DNA from: Nitrosopumilus sp.
GTDB lineage: Archaea; Thermoproteota; Nitrososphaeria; Nitrososphaerales; Nitrosopumilaceae
Direction of reading: 5' to 3'
DNA length: 64,000 bases
Assembly (NCBI GenBank): GCA_965238275.1
Contig: OZ250186.1
Location: forward strand, 96,001-160,000
Made by a program: the position numbers and the translations under genes. Positions 21,255-32,969 of this stretch are shown here, piece by piece. Positions within the stretch are counted from its first letter, which is position 1; the number at the start of each line of letters is the position of its first letter. The notes under the pieces are model-generated. The model saw nothing but the letters and a program-made list of their open reading frames with translations. It ran no database searches and was not told the origin of the DNA.

Positions 21255-23446
21255 GTAAGAGGTCGCCTTTGCGAAGCGATTCCGTGCCTGATCTGTTCCG
21301 ATTAATTACCAACTGAGCTACGTTTTTGACCATAAATACCAGATTAATTGCACGTTATCAACACGGTCCTCAGGCAGGGCGGTTTTCGGATCAAGGCTCT
21401 TCCGGTTGGATCTTTTGCGCCGCATTTTCCGGCAGGCGCTGCGTGCCCAAAAGCTTTATGGATCATGCCTTCCCGTGTTATGGCGTGGCGCCTGTAATCG
21501 ACCTGGAAAAGATTGACTGGAACTCCGTAACCGACACCAAGTCCCTCTTCGAATCCGTCTTGGACATGCTCAAATCCAAGGACGAGGAGAGCATGGCACT
21601 GAGAAAAGACATCGAGCAGCTGAAGGAGGAGGCAGAGGCCTTCTCAGGGGAACATGCGATGCTGACGGAGATGGATGCCAGGATCAAACTGCTGGAAGAA
21701 GAGAATGTGCAAAAGGACTCCGAGATAGAGAAGCTGAGGGCAGAAAACGCCGCCCTCCTGCAGGGATGCGACGTCTCGCAGGCAGTCATGGACAGGATAG
21801 CCCGCCTGGAACGGCAGGCATCAGAGCATGCCTCTCAGTTAAGGGAGGCGCGCGCGGCCAACTCGGCGCTGGCAGCCGAGAATCTGGGCATCAAAAGCCG
21901 CCGCTCCCAGAAGCGGCTCCGGGAATCACCCGGGCCTGCACCAGACCCGTTCAGGAAGGTCGTCTGCCTGCGCACCGGCCGTGATCCTCCCCCGATATCC
22001 GAAAAAAAGCTAGTCGACATGCCCGCCTGCCCGCACGGCCATGCCCTCTCGAAGGAGCCCACCGAGGTGACCATCCGGGTAGTCGAGGAGATTATCGACG
22101 GGAAGCTGACCGGCATCCAGTATACCGTCGTCCGCAGGTACTGCAGGGAATGCGGCAGGCAGTTTGCCCCCGAGATCCCAGGGGTCGTCCCCGGTGGACG
22201 GTTCGGCGCCAGCCTGACATGCCTTGAGACGACGATGAGGATGTACAACATTCCCTACGAACCCATCCGCAAGCTGATCAACATAATCTACCACACGGAC
22301 CTTGCAAAGTCGACTGTCATCGGCCACGTGGATGCCGTGACAGGATCCCTCCACCCGCTCTACGAGGAGATGCTCGAGGAGATATTCTTCTCAGAGCATG
22401 TCTTCGGGGACGAGACCAGCTGGAGGGTAGCCGGTGTGCTGTACTGGCTGTGGATACTAGTCGGTGACAACTCGACTGTCTTTTACGTGGACAAGCGCCG
22501 GGGAGGAGACGTGCTGGAGACCCTGCTTGGAGGGTACGCAGGCCACGTCACCTCTGATTCACACTCCGCGTGGAACCGCATCGGCAGGACCCACCAAAAG
22601 TGCCACTACCACTACCTCCGCGAGATCATCCGCACCCTGACCATGAAAAACCCGGGGCCAGAATTCAAAAAGTTTGCCAAGGCCCTAAAGGGGATAATCA
22701 TCGATTCCTGGCACGCAGAGAAGGGACTCAACCCGAACGACGATGCGGCCGCGCGAAACCTCAAGGTGCGCAACCTCCTGGCCCGGGTGAGGCGCCTGAT
22801 GTCTGGCAGCTACACCGAACCCCACTGCAAGCGGTTTGTCAAGCGGCTGCGGCGCGAGATCACCCACCTGTTCCCATTCATCCGCCTCAACACAAAGTGC
22901 CATAACAACGATGCCGAGCGCCCCCTGCGGCCCAGCGTCGCATCCCGGAAGGTCTCAGGCGGCAGCAAGAGCCTTGCCGGCGCATACAACCACGCCGTCC
23001 TGGCCAGCATCCGCGAGACGTGCAGGATGCGCGGCGTCAACCCGCACGACTTTTTGGTCGACTACATGCGAGGCATGGTCGAAAAAATACCGGCAGCAGC
23101 AGCAGCGGCAGCAACGGTATAAATCCTGCAAAATCCATCCATGGCTGCCCTGCATGTCCTGCGCGACCCCCACAGCACCGGTTGCCTGACACATGTCAGG
23201 CCGCCGTGCCGGCCCGCCACCCGATTCGGGCACAACGCACCACGCCCGACAGCACCAAAAAAGGCCCACTTCGCAAGTCCGATCACCGGATCGGCCAAAA
23301 TGCAGCTCAGCCGAGCCTCATCCCCGCCCGGAAAAAACCCTGAATAATGCCAATTAAATGGGCATTTATGGCCGAAAACGTAGCTCAGTTGGTAATTAAT
23401 CGGGGCAGATCAGGCACGAAATCGCTTCGCAAAGGCGACCTCTTAC
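21255..23446 (+). mobile_element. IS66-family element type B, copy 1; transposase about 21485-23122
   Basis: About 70-bp TIRs starting GTAAGAGGTCGCCTTTGCGAAGCG and 8-bp TSD GTCATCTG. Motifs GDETSW, QKCHYHYLRE, NNDAERPLR. Confidence 0.95.
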
Positions 23447-23605
23447 GTCATCTGGCATTTCGTGGCATGATGGGTATTTTACGCCATGCGCGGATCAAAA
23501 TTGCACACGAGGCTTGAAGGTTGTTTTGGCTGATTTCTGAATTTTCAACTAATTGTAAAGGTAAGCGGAAGCAAAGTTTGAATATGACCATTTTGTAACA
23601 AAATC

Positions 23606-23914
23606 ATGAATTTTCAAGAATTTTGGGAAAAATTACACCAGAAACTAAAACGCAAGAAAGAACACAGGACGTTAAAACGTTTAAAATTATTTGAAGCCGT
23701 TGTTATAGACTCCAAAACCATAATCGTAAAACCTGATTCAAAAAAAATTAGACCAATTACAATCGATGAATTTCAAGGCATGTGGGACATTATGAAAAAC
23801 GACGTTAGAAATGAAAGATACGTCAATACTAAAAAACGATACTACTCCTATTGGAGCTCATCATACATCTGTGCATTGATTGACTGTGTTGTATCTGATC
23901 AAAATATGGAATAA
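23606..23914 (+). CDS. hypothetical protein
   Basis: AT-rich 102-aa ORF with an upstream TATA-like element. Followed directly by a C13 run (23915-23927). Confidence 0.65.
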   Translation: MNFQEFWEKLHQKLKRKKEHRTLKRLKLFEAVVIDSKTIIVKPDSKKIRPITIDEFQGMWDIMKNDVRNERYVNTKKRYYSYWSSSYICALIDCVVSDQNME

Positions 23915-24369
23915 CCCCCCCCCCCCCGAAATTATTTAGAGTTAGCAGTCATTCTCACACCGGAACCGTCCATCTCTGTACATCGCCTCTGCTTGTCCAG
24001 TTTTGCGTCGCGCAGTATGGCGGTACTCTCCACAATGTCGATCATTATAGTATTGTCTGCGGCGTTGTAGCCGCCTCCACGGTTCAGAGGAGATCATACA
24101 CTATCATTTCCCACTTCACATCATGTTGACACCTAAAAGACGGACAAGGAATATCAGAATGTTCAATGCGTGTACAGAGATGCCCCTTCAACAGTCTGGA
24201 TATTTTGCTCACAAACGCAGGGAAGGCATACCCTGACGAGGTGATGAAAAGGCTCTCCAAAGAATCCCGGAAACGCGGGGCTGAAGCCAAACGCAGTCAC
24301 TCAAATTCACTGCTGCATTAGGGTTGATTCTGGGCAGACTTGTTCAACAAGCTACACGTAACTGAGAGT

Positions 24370-25278
24370 TTAACTGCCGAATGACTTGGTAAGTGCCCAT
24401 AGCCGGTTGCACCTGTTCTTCGGTAGCGAGCCGAGGAACTTCCACGCTTCGTCTTTTTCCAGTCCTCCGTCAAGTTCGTCGTCGTAGCAGTTGCCAATGC
24501 ACGTGCATGAGAACGAGCTGCCGTCGTTGGAGCCGCATTGGCAGTAGCAGTCCAGTATTGCTGCCCAGAAGAACGCCTTTATCGCGGTGCCCGCGTTTGG
24601 CATGCCGTTCACGGCACACTCACGCACGGTCCCCGCCAGATCGCCGGCGTCCTCCAGCACGGCGATGCACGATCCCCCGGCAAGGTATTCCAGCGCACCA
24701 CCTTTTTTTTGCCATCCCACGTTAACGCCACCGAGTAATCTGCCGACGAACTTAGCCGTAAGGTTGCGCCGTTCGTAGTATTGCTTGCGCGCCGAGCACG
24801 CTCTGCCGGCGCCACATTCGGCATTCGTGGCGGTGCGCAGCATAGTGTCTTCTGTCATGAGGTCGACGTTGGCGGTGTTGGATACAGCGTAGAGCAGGTA
24901 GCAGTCTTCAAATGACAGCGGGACGCCGTCACTGTTGACGTATTCTTTTTTGGCGTACATGGCATCCACTACTGGCAGTATGCCTTCTGGCAAATGCGCC
25001 CACTCCACCGGCACGCCGATGGCCTCGATGCTCGTGATGAAGTCGTCTAAGATGCCTTCCTGCTTGTCCCACAACTTGTCGCTCAATTCCTTGTATTTGC
25101 CGACAGATTCCCAGATCACGTCGGAAACCACCACCAGCGTCCTTCCGTCAAGCGCGGCGCGCACGTCGTCTATGATGTCTGGTACGCCGCGGTGTATGTC
25201 AACCACATCCATGGTGTCAATGAGGCAGTACCGCTTGCTGGCGTCAAGCGTCGTTCACGACGCGTAGATGTCTGACAT
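24370..25278 (-). pseudogene. PIN-domain protein with Cys-rich C-terminus; in-frame TGA at codon 8
   Basis: ATG 25278, TGA 25257-25255, then YCLIDT, IWES, SFEDC and MTEDT, the four PIN acidic positions. Confidence 0.65.
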
Positions 25279-25504
25279 GTACGTGGGTTGTTGGCACGTG
25301 GTTATATCATGTCTCCTACAGCATTCAGGCAACCGCATCAAAGCAGCTACCGTTTTCATGGTAGTCGTCACACGGTAGCCACCACGCGCATGAAGATCCT
25401 ACCCGTCTTCGCCAACCCTCCGTCTCTACATTGCTCTCATTCGGGGGACTCGTTACTAATTTTGCATGCATGGCTTGCGCGGATTGTCGGTCATCAATTA
25501 CCAT

Positions 25505-25715
25505 GACCCGACCTACGCGTTTTCCAGCACGTAAACCAGCGCCGCGACAAACTCATCCAGCATGACCTCTCCCTTGGCCGCCGGCGGCTCCGGACGCCTC
25601 GTCGCCAGACATGGGATGCACGGATGACGCCAGTCAGGCGCCCCTTGCCAGCAGGTCGTTGACGGCAGCAGAGTAGCTGTACGCCTTGTTGCCCTCCAGC
25701 ATCTTCTTGGACTGG
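25505..25715 (-). pseudogene. transposase remnant (IS66-like), homologous to 36810-37250
   Basis: Shares GACCTCTCCCTTGGCCGCC...GCCAGACATGGGATGCACGGAT with the 36900 region. Family call is tentative. Confidence 0.5.
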
Positions 25716-25717
25716 TA

Positions 25718-26972
25718 TACCAAAGATGAAAAATTGATGTGATTGTAAAATATTTTAACTCCATGTGAAATTATGCTTATTTCACGTAGCATAGTCAATG
25801 AAGATCAAGACGATGTTGAAAAGATACGCCGCTGAGACAGACTGCGATACCAAGGACCGCATGATGCTGATCATCAGAGTCAAACGTGACGGGATAACCA
25901 TGAGGGATTCTGCAAAATCCCTGGGAAAGTCAGCCTCGTGGGGCTACAAGTGGCACGAGCGCTACCTGGAAGTCGGATTTGACAGGCTGGGAAACATGCC
26001 GCGTTCCGGCAGGCCGACCAAGGCGAGCAAGGCAGACATGAAGAAGATCAGAAAGGCCGCATGCAGGAAACCTGTCTGGACGGGCATGGAGATGCAGCAA
26101 TACATCCAACAGAAGACCGGAGTAAGGTACGAACTCGGATATGTGCGCCAGATACTGCGCGGGTGGGGCTATTCCCAGAAGGTTCCCGTAGGAAAACATG
26201 CAAGAAGGGCGCCTGACGAGGAGATCAGGAAATTCCAAAAAGAGATGCCAGAGCTTATAAAAAAAAGAACAGCGAAGGAACAGTCGTAGCGATACAGGAC
26301 GAGTCCATAGTAATCTCCGATGCGCGGCCGCGAAGACGCGGCTACACCAGGAAGGGAATACGGGCGTTTTTCACGTACACCGGCTCACACTCCAAGACGA
26401 TAATCCATGGACTGATCACCACGGACGGCAGGGGCATGTTCCGGCAGTACGATGCGTTTACCAAGGACACCTTTGAGGACTTTCTAAGGCAGGCGATGTA
26501 CAGGTTCAAGAAGATCTGCCTGATCATGGACAAGGCCTCCCAGCACAGGGCATCAAACATACGCAAACTGCTTGATGGCACAGACGGCCTGGAGATAGTC
26601 TTCCTGCCAACTGCGACCCCGGACCTGAGCGCCATAGAGACGTACTGGAGGGATCTCAAGCGGGCAGTGCTTGACGTGCCGTACACCAGCCTGAGCATGC
26701 TCCGCGAGGCGATCACCAGGTACACGAGGTACAAAAAACCGAATCTGGTCGTTGAAAACTTTCTGTACAGGGCCATCTAGAACGACATCAAACCGCACCG
26801 GATCCACGCCGCCTAGCGTGTGCCATGCACGGCGCACCAGAGCATGCAATGTCTAATGTTCGGGGCGTCTTTTCTCGTCATTTGGGAATTCAACGCACCT
26901 CGTAATTTCCAGAGACGGCTGTTGCATCAAAAATTTATGAGCGATTTTGATATGAATTTTTCATTGCTGGTA
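25718..26972 (+). mobile_element. IS630-family element, copy 2 (orfA 25798-26289, orfB ending 26780)
   Basis: Diverged homolog of 1635-2885 with TACCA TIRs, flanking TA and the same A8G overlap. Confidence 0.9.
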
Positions 26973-26974
26973 TA

Positions 26975-27507
26975 CCTCACAAAGAAGTCCTTCCCGTCAG
27001 AGGTGATCAGCCCGAACACGACGGCCCTGGAGTGCGTCCCGGTGTACGTGTATACTGACGATCAAAAGTCCTTGCACAGCATCTCATATTTTCGGCTGGT
27101 AAATTTGAGAAGATCAAGCTTGAATCTGACGGTTCGATAATACAGCGAAACTGCCCGGTGCATGTCTCGGAATGTCTTGTAATATTCTGAGACTAGCAGG
27201 ACGCGCTTTCCCTGGTGCCAGCACTCTTCCATCGCGTTGAGGTACGGCGAGCCCTTGGGGAGAATACGTGATTCCCCTTCGTCATCACGGCCCAGCCTGT
27301 TGCAGACTCAGTTTGGGTTACGTCCTTGGATGTCGACAGTATCCTCCATGGACATGTTGCGCACGCGCACCATGCGTACCGCGACCATTCTAGCCCGAAC
27401 CTTGTGATCCTTTTTCTTTTTGCACGCCTTTTCGAGCTCTTCCCGTTTGGTGTCGTCCATGTCTTACTGAAAGAAGATCTGATCTACAAACTTTTCGATT
27501 ATCTGTA
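26975..27507 (-). pseudogene. IS630 remnants: short orfB fragment plus an internally deleted element (about 27053-27507)
   Basis: YTYTGTHSRAVVFGLITSDG fragment. MDDTKREELEKACKKEKD N-terminus joined directly to a PKGSPYLNAMEECW C-terminus. Confidence 0.7.
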
Positions 27508-27515
27508 TTATCTGC

Positions 27516-28391
27516 TCACGAACTTCGGCGTGTCGCTATGTATTTTACAAGGTGAGATATTTTAGGAATTTTTAGTTTATCGCTGAAAAACAAAATTTCT
27601 TCTCCTTGGTGCACATTATAAGCAGTATGAATTAGCAAGTATTCTTTTCTGTTGCAGTCCCAATACAGTTTCTTTATCTCGGAAACATTGTCATATGAAA
27701 CAATCCATCTTGATTTTTTGATTTTTTTAATCTGGGATGCCACCTTTCTGTGATCATCGGATTCGTAATGATTCATGTATAGTGATGGTCCTTTCTGATA
27801 GTAAGGAGGATCAAAATAAAAGACGGTGTTTTCATTTTCTGACCTTCGCTGAATTTTTTCAATTAGAGACAGGGCATCAAGATTGTGCACATGAATTTGT
27901 TTCTTATATCTGCCAATCTGTTTAATCCTTCTGATTAGTTCTTCCTTGTTAAAACGGCAACCAATTGTATATTTTCCATTCTGTCTCACTCCCCCGATCA
28001 TCCCTGCATCCAAAATTCCAGAGTGGTTGGTCCTGTTCATGAAGAACGTCGCAAACCCCAGCTCGAATAACGATGCCTGTTTTTTACGTTGATGAATTTT
28101 TCTGAATTTATACCAGTTTTTGGGCGACACCTCCACATCATCAACATAGTCGCAAAACTTGTGATTGTAATTCAGCACCGAATGCCAGAAAGCATAAACC
28201 GACCGGTCAAGATCATTTATTGTGATTTCTTTTACATATCCATTCAATAATAAGTATAATGCAACCGCTGCTCCCCCTGCATAAGGTTCAACATAATGTC
28301 CAGTTATATTATTTTTTTCACAGATTAAGGCGATAAGCCTTGCTAGCCTGTTTTTTCCTCCAGGATACCGCAGCGGTGAATTAAAATCCAT
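27516..28391 (-). CDS. D12-class (Dam-like) N6-adenine DNA methyltransferase
   Basis: SPLRYPGGK, EPYAGGA, NDLD, NRT, DPPYY, WIVSYD. Confidence 0.93.
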   Translation of the reverse strand: MDFNSPLRYPGGKNRLARLIALICEKNNITGHYVEPYAGGAAVALYLLLNGYVKEITINDLDRSVYAFWHSVLNYNHKFCDYVDDVEVSPKNWYKFRKIHQRKKQASLFELGFATFFMNRTNHSGILDAGMIGGVRQNGKYTIGCRFNKEELIRRIKQIGRYKKQIHVHNLDALSLIEKIQRRSENENTVFYFDPPYYQKGPSLYMNHYESDDHRKVASQIKKIKKSRWIVSYDNVSEIKKLYWDCNRKEYLLIHTAYNVHQGEEILFFSDKLKIPKISHLVKYIATRRSS

Positions 28392-29054
28392 TTCAATATG
28401 TTAGATAAACTGTTCTATACGTTTTTCCATAAGATTTCAAAAAACTCCTGCAGATTGTCCCATTTTGCCTTCAGATCTTCCGGCTCCGGTCTAATGTTCT
28501 CACTGTGGACAAAATTATGGAAATGTTCTATGCTGAGAATGCTCGAATCTCCACTACCAGCAGTTTTTCGAACCGATGCTAATTGATTTCTACTGGCAAT
28601 GCGGTTCTCTGACATGTGGTTTGCGGTTTTATTGATCTTGTCTTTTATTTTTGGATTTTCAGCAAGGAAAGTGATTTTTTTTACTTTGATGTAGTAATCA
28701 ATACTTGTTTCAAAAAATACTCTAAACAAAACACCGATTGCGTTGGGGGTTCCGCGTTTACCCTCCAAAACCAAATCAGTTTTTAATTCTAAGAAAATAT
28801 TGTTTATTTTTGATGGTGCTATTGCTAAATCACATTCTTTCGGTATGAGTTTCTTTCTGTCTGTAGATTTTTTGGTTTTGTTAGTCTTGGATGTAGTTGT
28901 ATTTGTTTGTGTTGCATTCTCAGATTGATCTTTTGTAGATGTTGCAGTTCCAATTAAGTCATCAATCCATACCTCCCTTTGTTTTTTAGTGTAAATGTCT
29001 CCGACTTTAAACTCATTTTCGGACATTTTTGCGAAAAATTTTTTGAGATTTTTT

Positions 29055-31356
29055 GTAAGAGGTCGCCTTTGCGAAGCGATTCCGTGCCTGATCTGCCCCG
29101 ATTAATTACCAACTGAGCTACGTTTTCGGCTGTAAATGCCCATTTAATTGGCATTATTCTGGGTTTTTTCCGGGCGGGGAGGAGGGTCCGGCCGAGCTAT
29201 GTTTTGGCCGATCCGGTGATCGGGTTTGCGAAGTGGCCTTTTTTGGCGCGGCCGGGGCGCTGAGTTGTGCCGGGATCGGGTGACAGCCGGTACGGCAGCC
29301 TGACATGCGCCAGACTGCCGGCGCGACGGGTCTGCGTGGGGCAGTCAGGATGGCGGGTTTTGCAGGATTTATGCGACTGTTGCTGCTGCTGCCGGAATTT
29401 TTTCGACGAGGCCGTGCATATAGTCGACCAAAAAGTCGTGCGGGTTGACTCCGCGCCTCCTGCACGTCTCGCGGACGGTGGCCAGGACGGCGTGGTTGTA
29501 TGCGCCGGCAAGGCTCTTGCTGCCGCCTGAGACCTTCCGGGATGCGACGCTGGGCCGCAGGGGACGCTCGGCATCGTTGTTATGGCACTTTGTGTTGAGG
29601 CGGATGAATGGGAACAGGTGGGTGATCTCGCGCCGCAGCCGCTTGACAAACCTCTTGCAGTGGGCGTCTGTGTAGCTGCCCGAGATCAGGCGCCTCACCC
29701 GGGCCTGGAGGTTGCGCACCTTGAGGTTTCGCGCGGCCTTGTCGTCGTCCGGGTCAAGCCCCTTGTCCGGGTACCATGAATCGATGATTATCCCCTTCAG
29801 GGCCTTGGCAAACTTTTTGAATTCGGGTCCGGGGGATTTCATGGTCAGGGTGCGGAGGATCTCGCGGAGGTAGTGGTAGTGGCACTTTTGGTGGGTCTTG
29901 CCGATGCGGTTCCACGGGGCGTGGGAGTCGGAGGTGACGTGGCCGCCGTACCCTCCAAGCAGCGACACCAGGACGTCGCCTCCCCGGCTCTTGTCCACGT
30001 GAAAGACAGTCGAGTCGTCACCTACCAGCACCCACAGCCAGTACAGTATCCCGGCTATCTTCCAGCTCGTCTCGTCGCCAAAGACATGCTCTGAGAAGAA
30101 TATCTCCCCGAGCATCTCCTCGTAGAGGGGGTGGAGGGATCCCGTAACGGCGTCCACGTGGCTGATGACTGTCGACTTGGCAAGGCCTGCGTGGTGGATT
30201 ATGTTGATCAGACTGCAGATGATGCCGTAGGGGATGCCGTGCATCCTCATGGTAGTCTCCAGGCACGTCAGGCTGGCACCGAACCGCCCCCCTGGGACGA
30301 CCCCGGGGATCTCGGGGGCAAACTGCCTGCCGCATTCCCTGCAGTACCTGCGGACGACTGTATATTGGATGGCAGTCAGTTTCCCGTCGATGATCTCCTC
30401 GACTACCCGGAAGGTCACCTCGGTGGGCCCCGTCGAGAGGGCGTGGCCGTGCGGGCAGGAGTGCAGGTCGACTAACCTCTTTTCAGATATCGGGGGAGGG
30501 TTCCGGCCGGTGCGCAGGCAGACGACCTTCCTGAACGGGTCCGGCGCAGGCCCGGGCGACTCCCGGAGCCGCCTCTTGGAGCGGCGGCTTTTGATGTCCA
30601 GGTTCTCTGCTGCCAGCGCCGAGTTGGCCGCGCGCGCCTCCCTTAGCTGCGAGGCATGCTCGGCTGCCTGCCGTTCCAGGCGGGCTATCCTGTCCATGAC
30701 TGCCTGCGAGACGTCGCATCCCTGCAGGAGGGCGGCGTTTTCTGCCCTCAGCTTCTCTACCTCTGCACTCAAATTCTCCACATCTGTTCCCAGATTCTCT
30801 ATCTCGGAGTCCTTTTGTTCTATCTCGGAGTCCTTTTGTTCTATCTCGGAGTCCTTTTGTTCTATCTCGGAGTCCTTTTGTTCTATCTCGGAGTCCTTTT
30901 GCACGTTCTCTTCTTCCAACAGTTTGATCCTGGTATCCATCTCCGTCAGCATCGCGCGTTCCCCTGAGAAGGCCTCTGCCTCCTCCCTCAACTGCTCGAT
31001 GTTTTTCCTCAGCGCCACGCTCTCCTCGTCCCGGGATTTGAGCATGGCAAGGACGGATTCGAAGATGGACTTTGTGTCGGTTACGGAGTTCCAGTCAATC
31101 TTTTCCAAGTCGATTACAGGCACCATGCCACAACACTGGAAGGCATGATCCATAAAGCTTTTGGACACGCAGCGTCTGCCGGGAAATGCGGCGCAAAAGA
31201 TCCGGCAGGTGAGCCTTGATTTGAAAACTGTCCTGCCTGCGGACCGTACTGATAACGTGCAATTAAATCGGGTATTTATGGTCGAAAACGTAGCTCAGTT
31301 GGTAATTAATCGGGGCAAATCAGGCACGGAATCGCTTCGCAAAGGCGACCTCTTAC
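29055..31356 (-). mobile_element. IS66-family element type B, copy 2; transposase about 31126-29369
   Basis: Same long TIRs as 21255-23446; 8-bp TSD GATTTTTT. Confidence 0.95.
30798..30901 (-). repeat. 21-bp tandem repeat x5 (QKDSEIE heptad) in the transposase coiled coil
   Basis: TCTATCTCGGAGTCCTTTTGT five times; copy 1 has a single unit. Confidence 0.95.
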
Positions 31357-32654
31357 GATTTTTTACAATTTCCGTTTTTCGTTTAATTATGTCAATCTGA
31401 CTGTTTGAAAATGAGATACCTATGACATCACAAACATGGGGCGTTGAAATTAAACGTTCAACGCTAGTTGAATCCACATTCTTCCTATCAATATTATTTT
31501 CGTCTGCAAAGTCATAAAGTGAAAGTAATTTTGTGCCAGTTTGACGAAATCGGGCTTGTTGCTCCGTATTCCATCTAACTACTCCCCTGCCCTCGTTTTC
31601 ACCTGAGTGTTCCAACGATATCCAATGACGTGCATCATCTTTATTTGCAAATACAACACAATCAACAGAATCAGGAATGTCGTTAGAACGGTTGCCAGAC
31701 ATTTTGTTAAAAAATTCACGAAATCCAAGATTTTCTGTTTTTGTAGGATCGTTTAATAACTTTATAACGATAGTTCTTCTGTTTCCTTCCAATACTAGAA
31801 ATTTATCTTTCTGAGACTCGGTCACTATCAAATTTTTGGATGGATTCACACCGTTCATCATAATATCTTCTGTCAATTTCTTGATTTTGTCCCCCTGCTC
31901 ACCAAGCATTAATTCTATTGCCTTTTTTTGATTCCTTACGGGTTCAAAACGCGGATTTTTTGAATTAATTAAGAGTTGAGAAATGTTTATTGTTTTTAAT
32001 ACAGGTTTTTCCATATTTTGAGGCCAATTATCATATTTAAATAGTTTTGTTTTTAAGGATCTGGTAAATTTTGATGATCTCTACTGTTTGTCGTTTAAAA
32101 GTGTGTTTTAGGATTTTCTCCAGATTCAATCCCACCGCACTTCATTACGGTGTTCAAAAGTGTGGTGCCTTCCACCACAAGTTCTGTTGAATTATAGCTG
32201 TTTGCGTCCCATAGTTAGCATGATTTCCACAAAATCCCCTAAAATAAAAAACAGTGGGCAACCACTCTTCCTGTTTTAATGGGCATGGAAATTCAAAATT
32301 ATGGTGGTTTCAAACCACAGTACTTCTCTCTGTAGTCCTCGTACGGTATAATACTAAAGTTAGGCTTATCTTTGGGAGGCGTGCTCATTTTGTATATGTG
32401 CTGACATCTCTCATCTTCACTGTCAAATGTTATTCCCGTACATCGTTCATTGTCGGCGATGGCTTCCTTTAGTCCGTCTGATGCTCCCGGTCGCCGCATC
32501 ATCAGCCATCCACGTTGAGGATGACTGCTGGTCTTATCTGCATAATTGCCGAGTTGTCCGCGAGCATCCCCCGCGCTTCGGACGCAGACATGCACGCAGG
32601 CGTGCCGTCGGGCACAATTACCAAATGCAGCATGTCCTCGCACAGTACCTCAAA

Positions 32655-32735
32655 GGGCAGCGTCCCCCATCATGTTGATCGTGTCCATGCCCCTGACGTT
32701 GTGCCTCCTGGCGAATTCATCGATATAGCGAGATC
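32655..32735 (-). pseudogene. possible IS1595 transposase 3' remnant
   Basis: RYIDEFARRHNVRGMDTINMM resembles the IS1595 C-terminal motif. Short. Confidence 0.45.
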
Positions 32736-32969
32736 TTGGCAATGCCAAAACGCCGCCGGCCAACGCACGTGCCACGACCAACCCCCGTGCAGAATCCATT
32801 CGTTCCACGGCGCCGTTACCATTCCATCATGGACTGTGAAGAGGGCCTGCGCGTCATAGCATATTTTCGCCGGATCGCCGACGAGGACGAAAGGAACGGC
32901 AGGCCAAAGTCTGCCAAGGCCTTGAGGAACGTCGCGCTAGCCATGGAGTGCGTGGACTACGGCCTGTAC

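Larger units (their letters stand above)
28415..32014 (-). pseudogene. ParB/Srx-like N-terminal plus HEPN-like C-terminal protein (429 aa reconstructed), interrupted by IS66
   Basis: Removing 29055-31356 and one TSD restores the frame (TEIVKN-LKKFFAK-MSENE). NPRF and LEGNRR ParB-like motifs; LFRVFFE...HNFVH helical C-terminus. Confidence 0.8.

Noticed and set aside
23915-23927. C13 run as a phase-variation tract
   Set aside because: It lies after the stop codon with no evident downstream promoter or gene.
21255-31356. Composite transposon bounded by the two IS66-B copies (likewise the IS66-A pair)
   Set aside because: Each copy has its own matching TSD, so the insertions were independent.
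32121-32145. TTCAATCCCACCGCAC as a tRNA 3' att remnant
   Set aside because: Too short, and it does not match the tRNA-Tyr 3' end.
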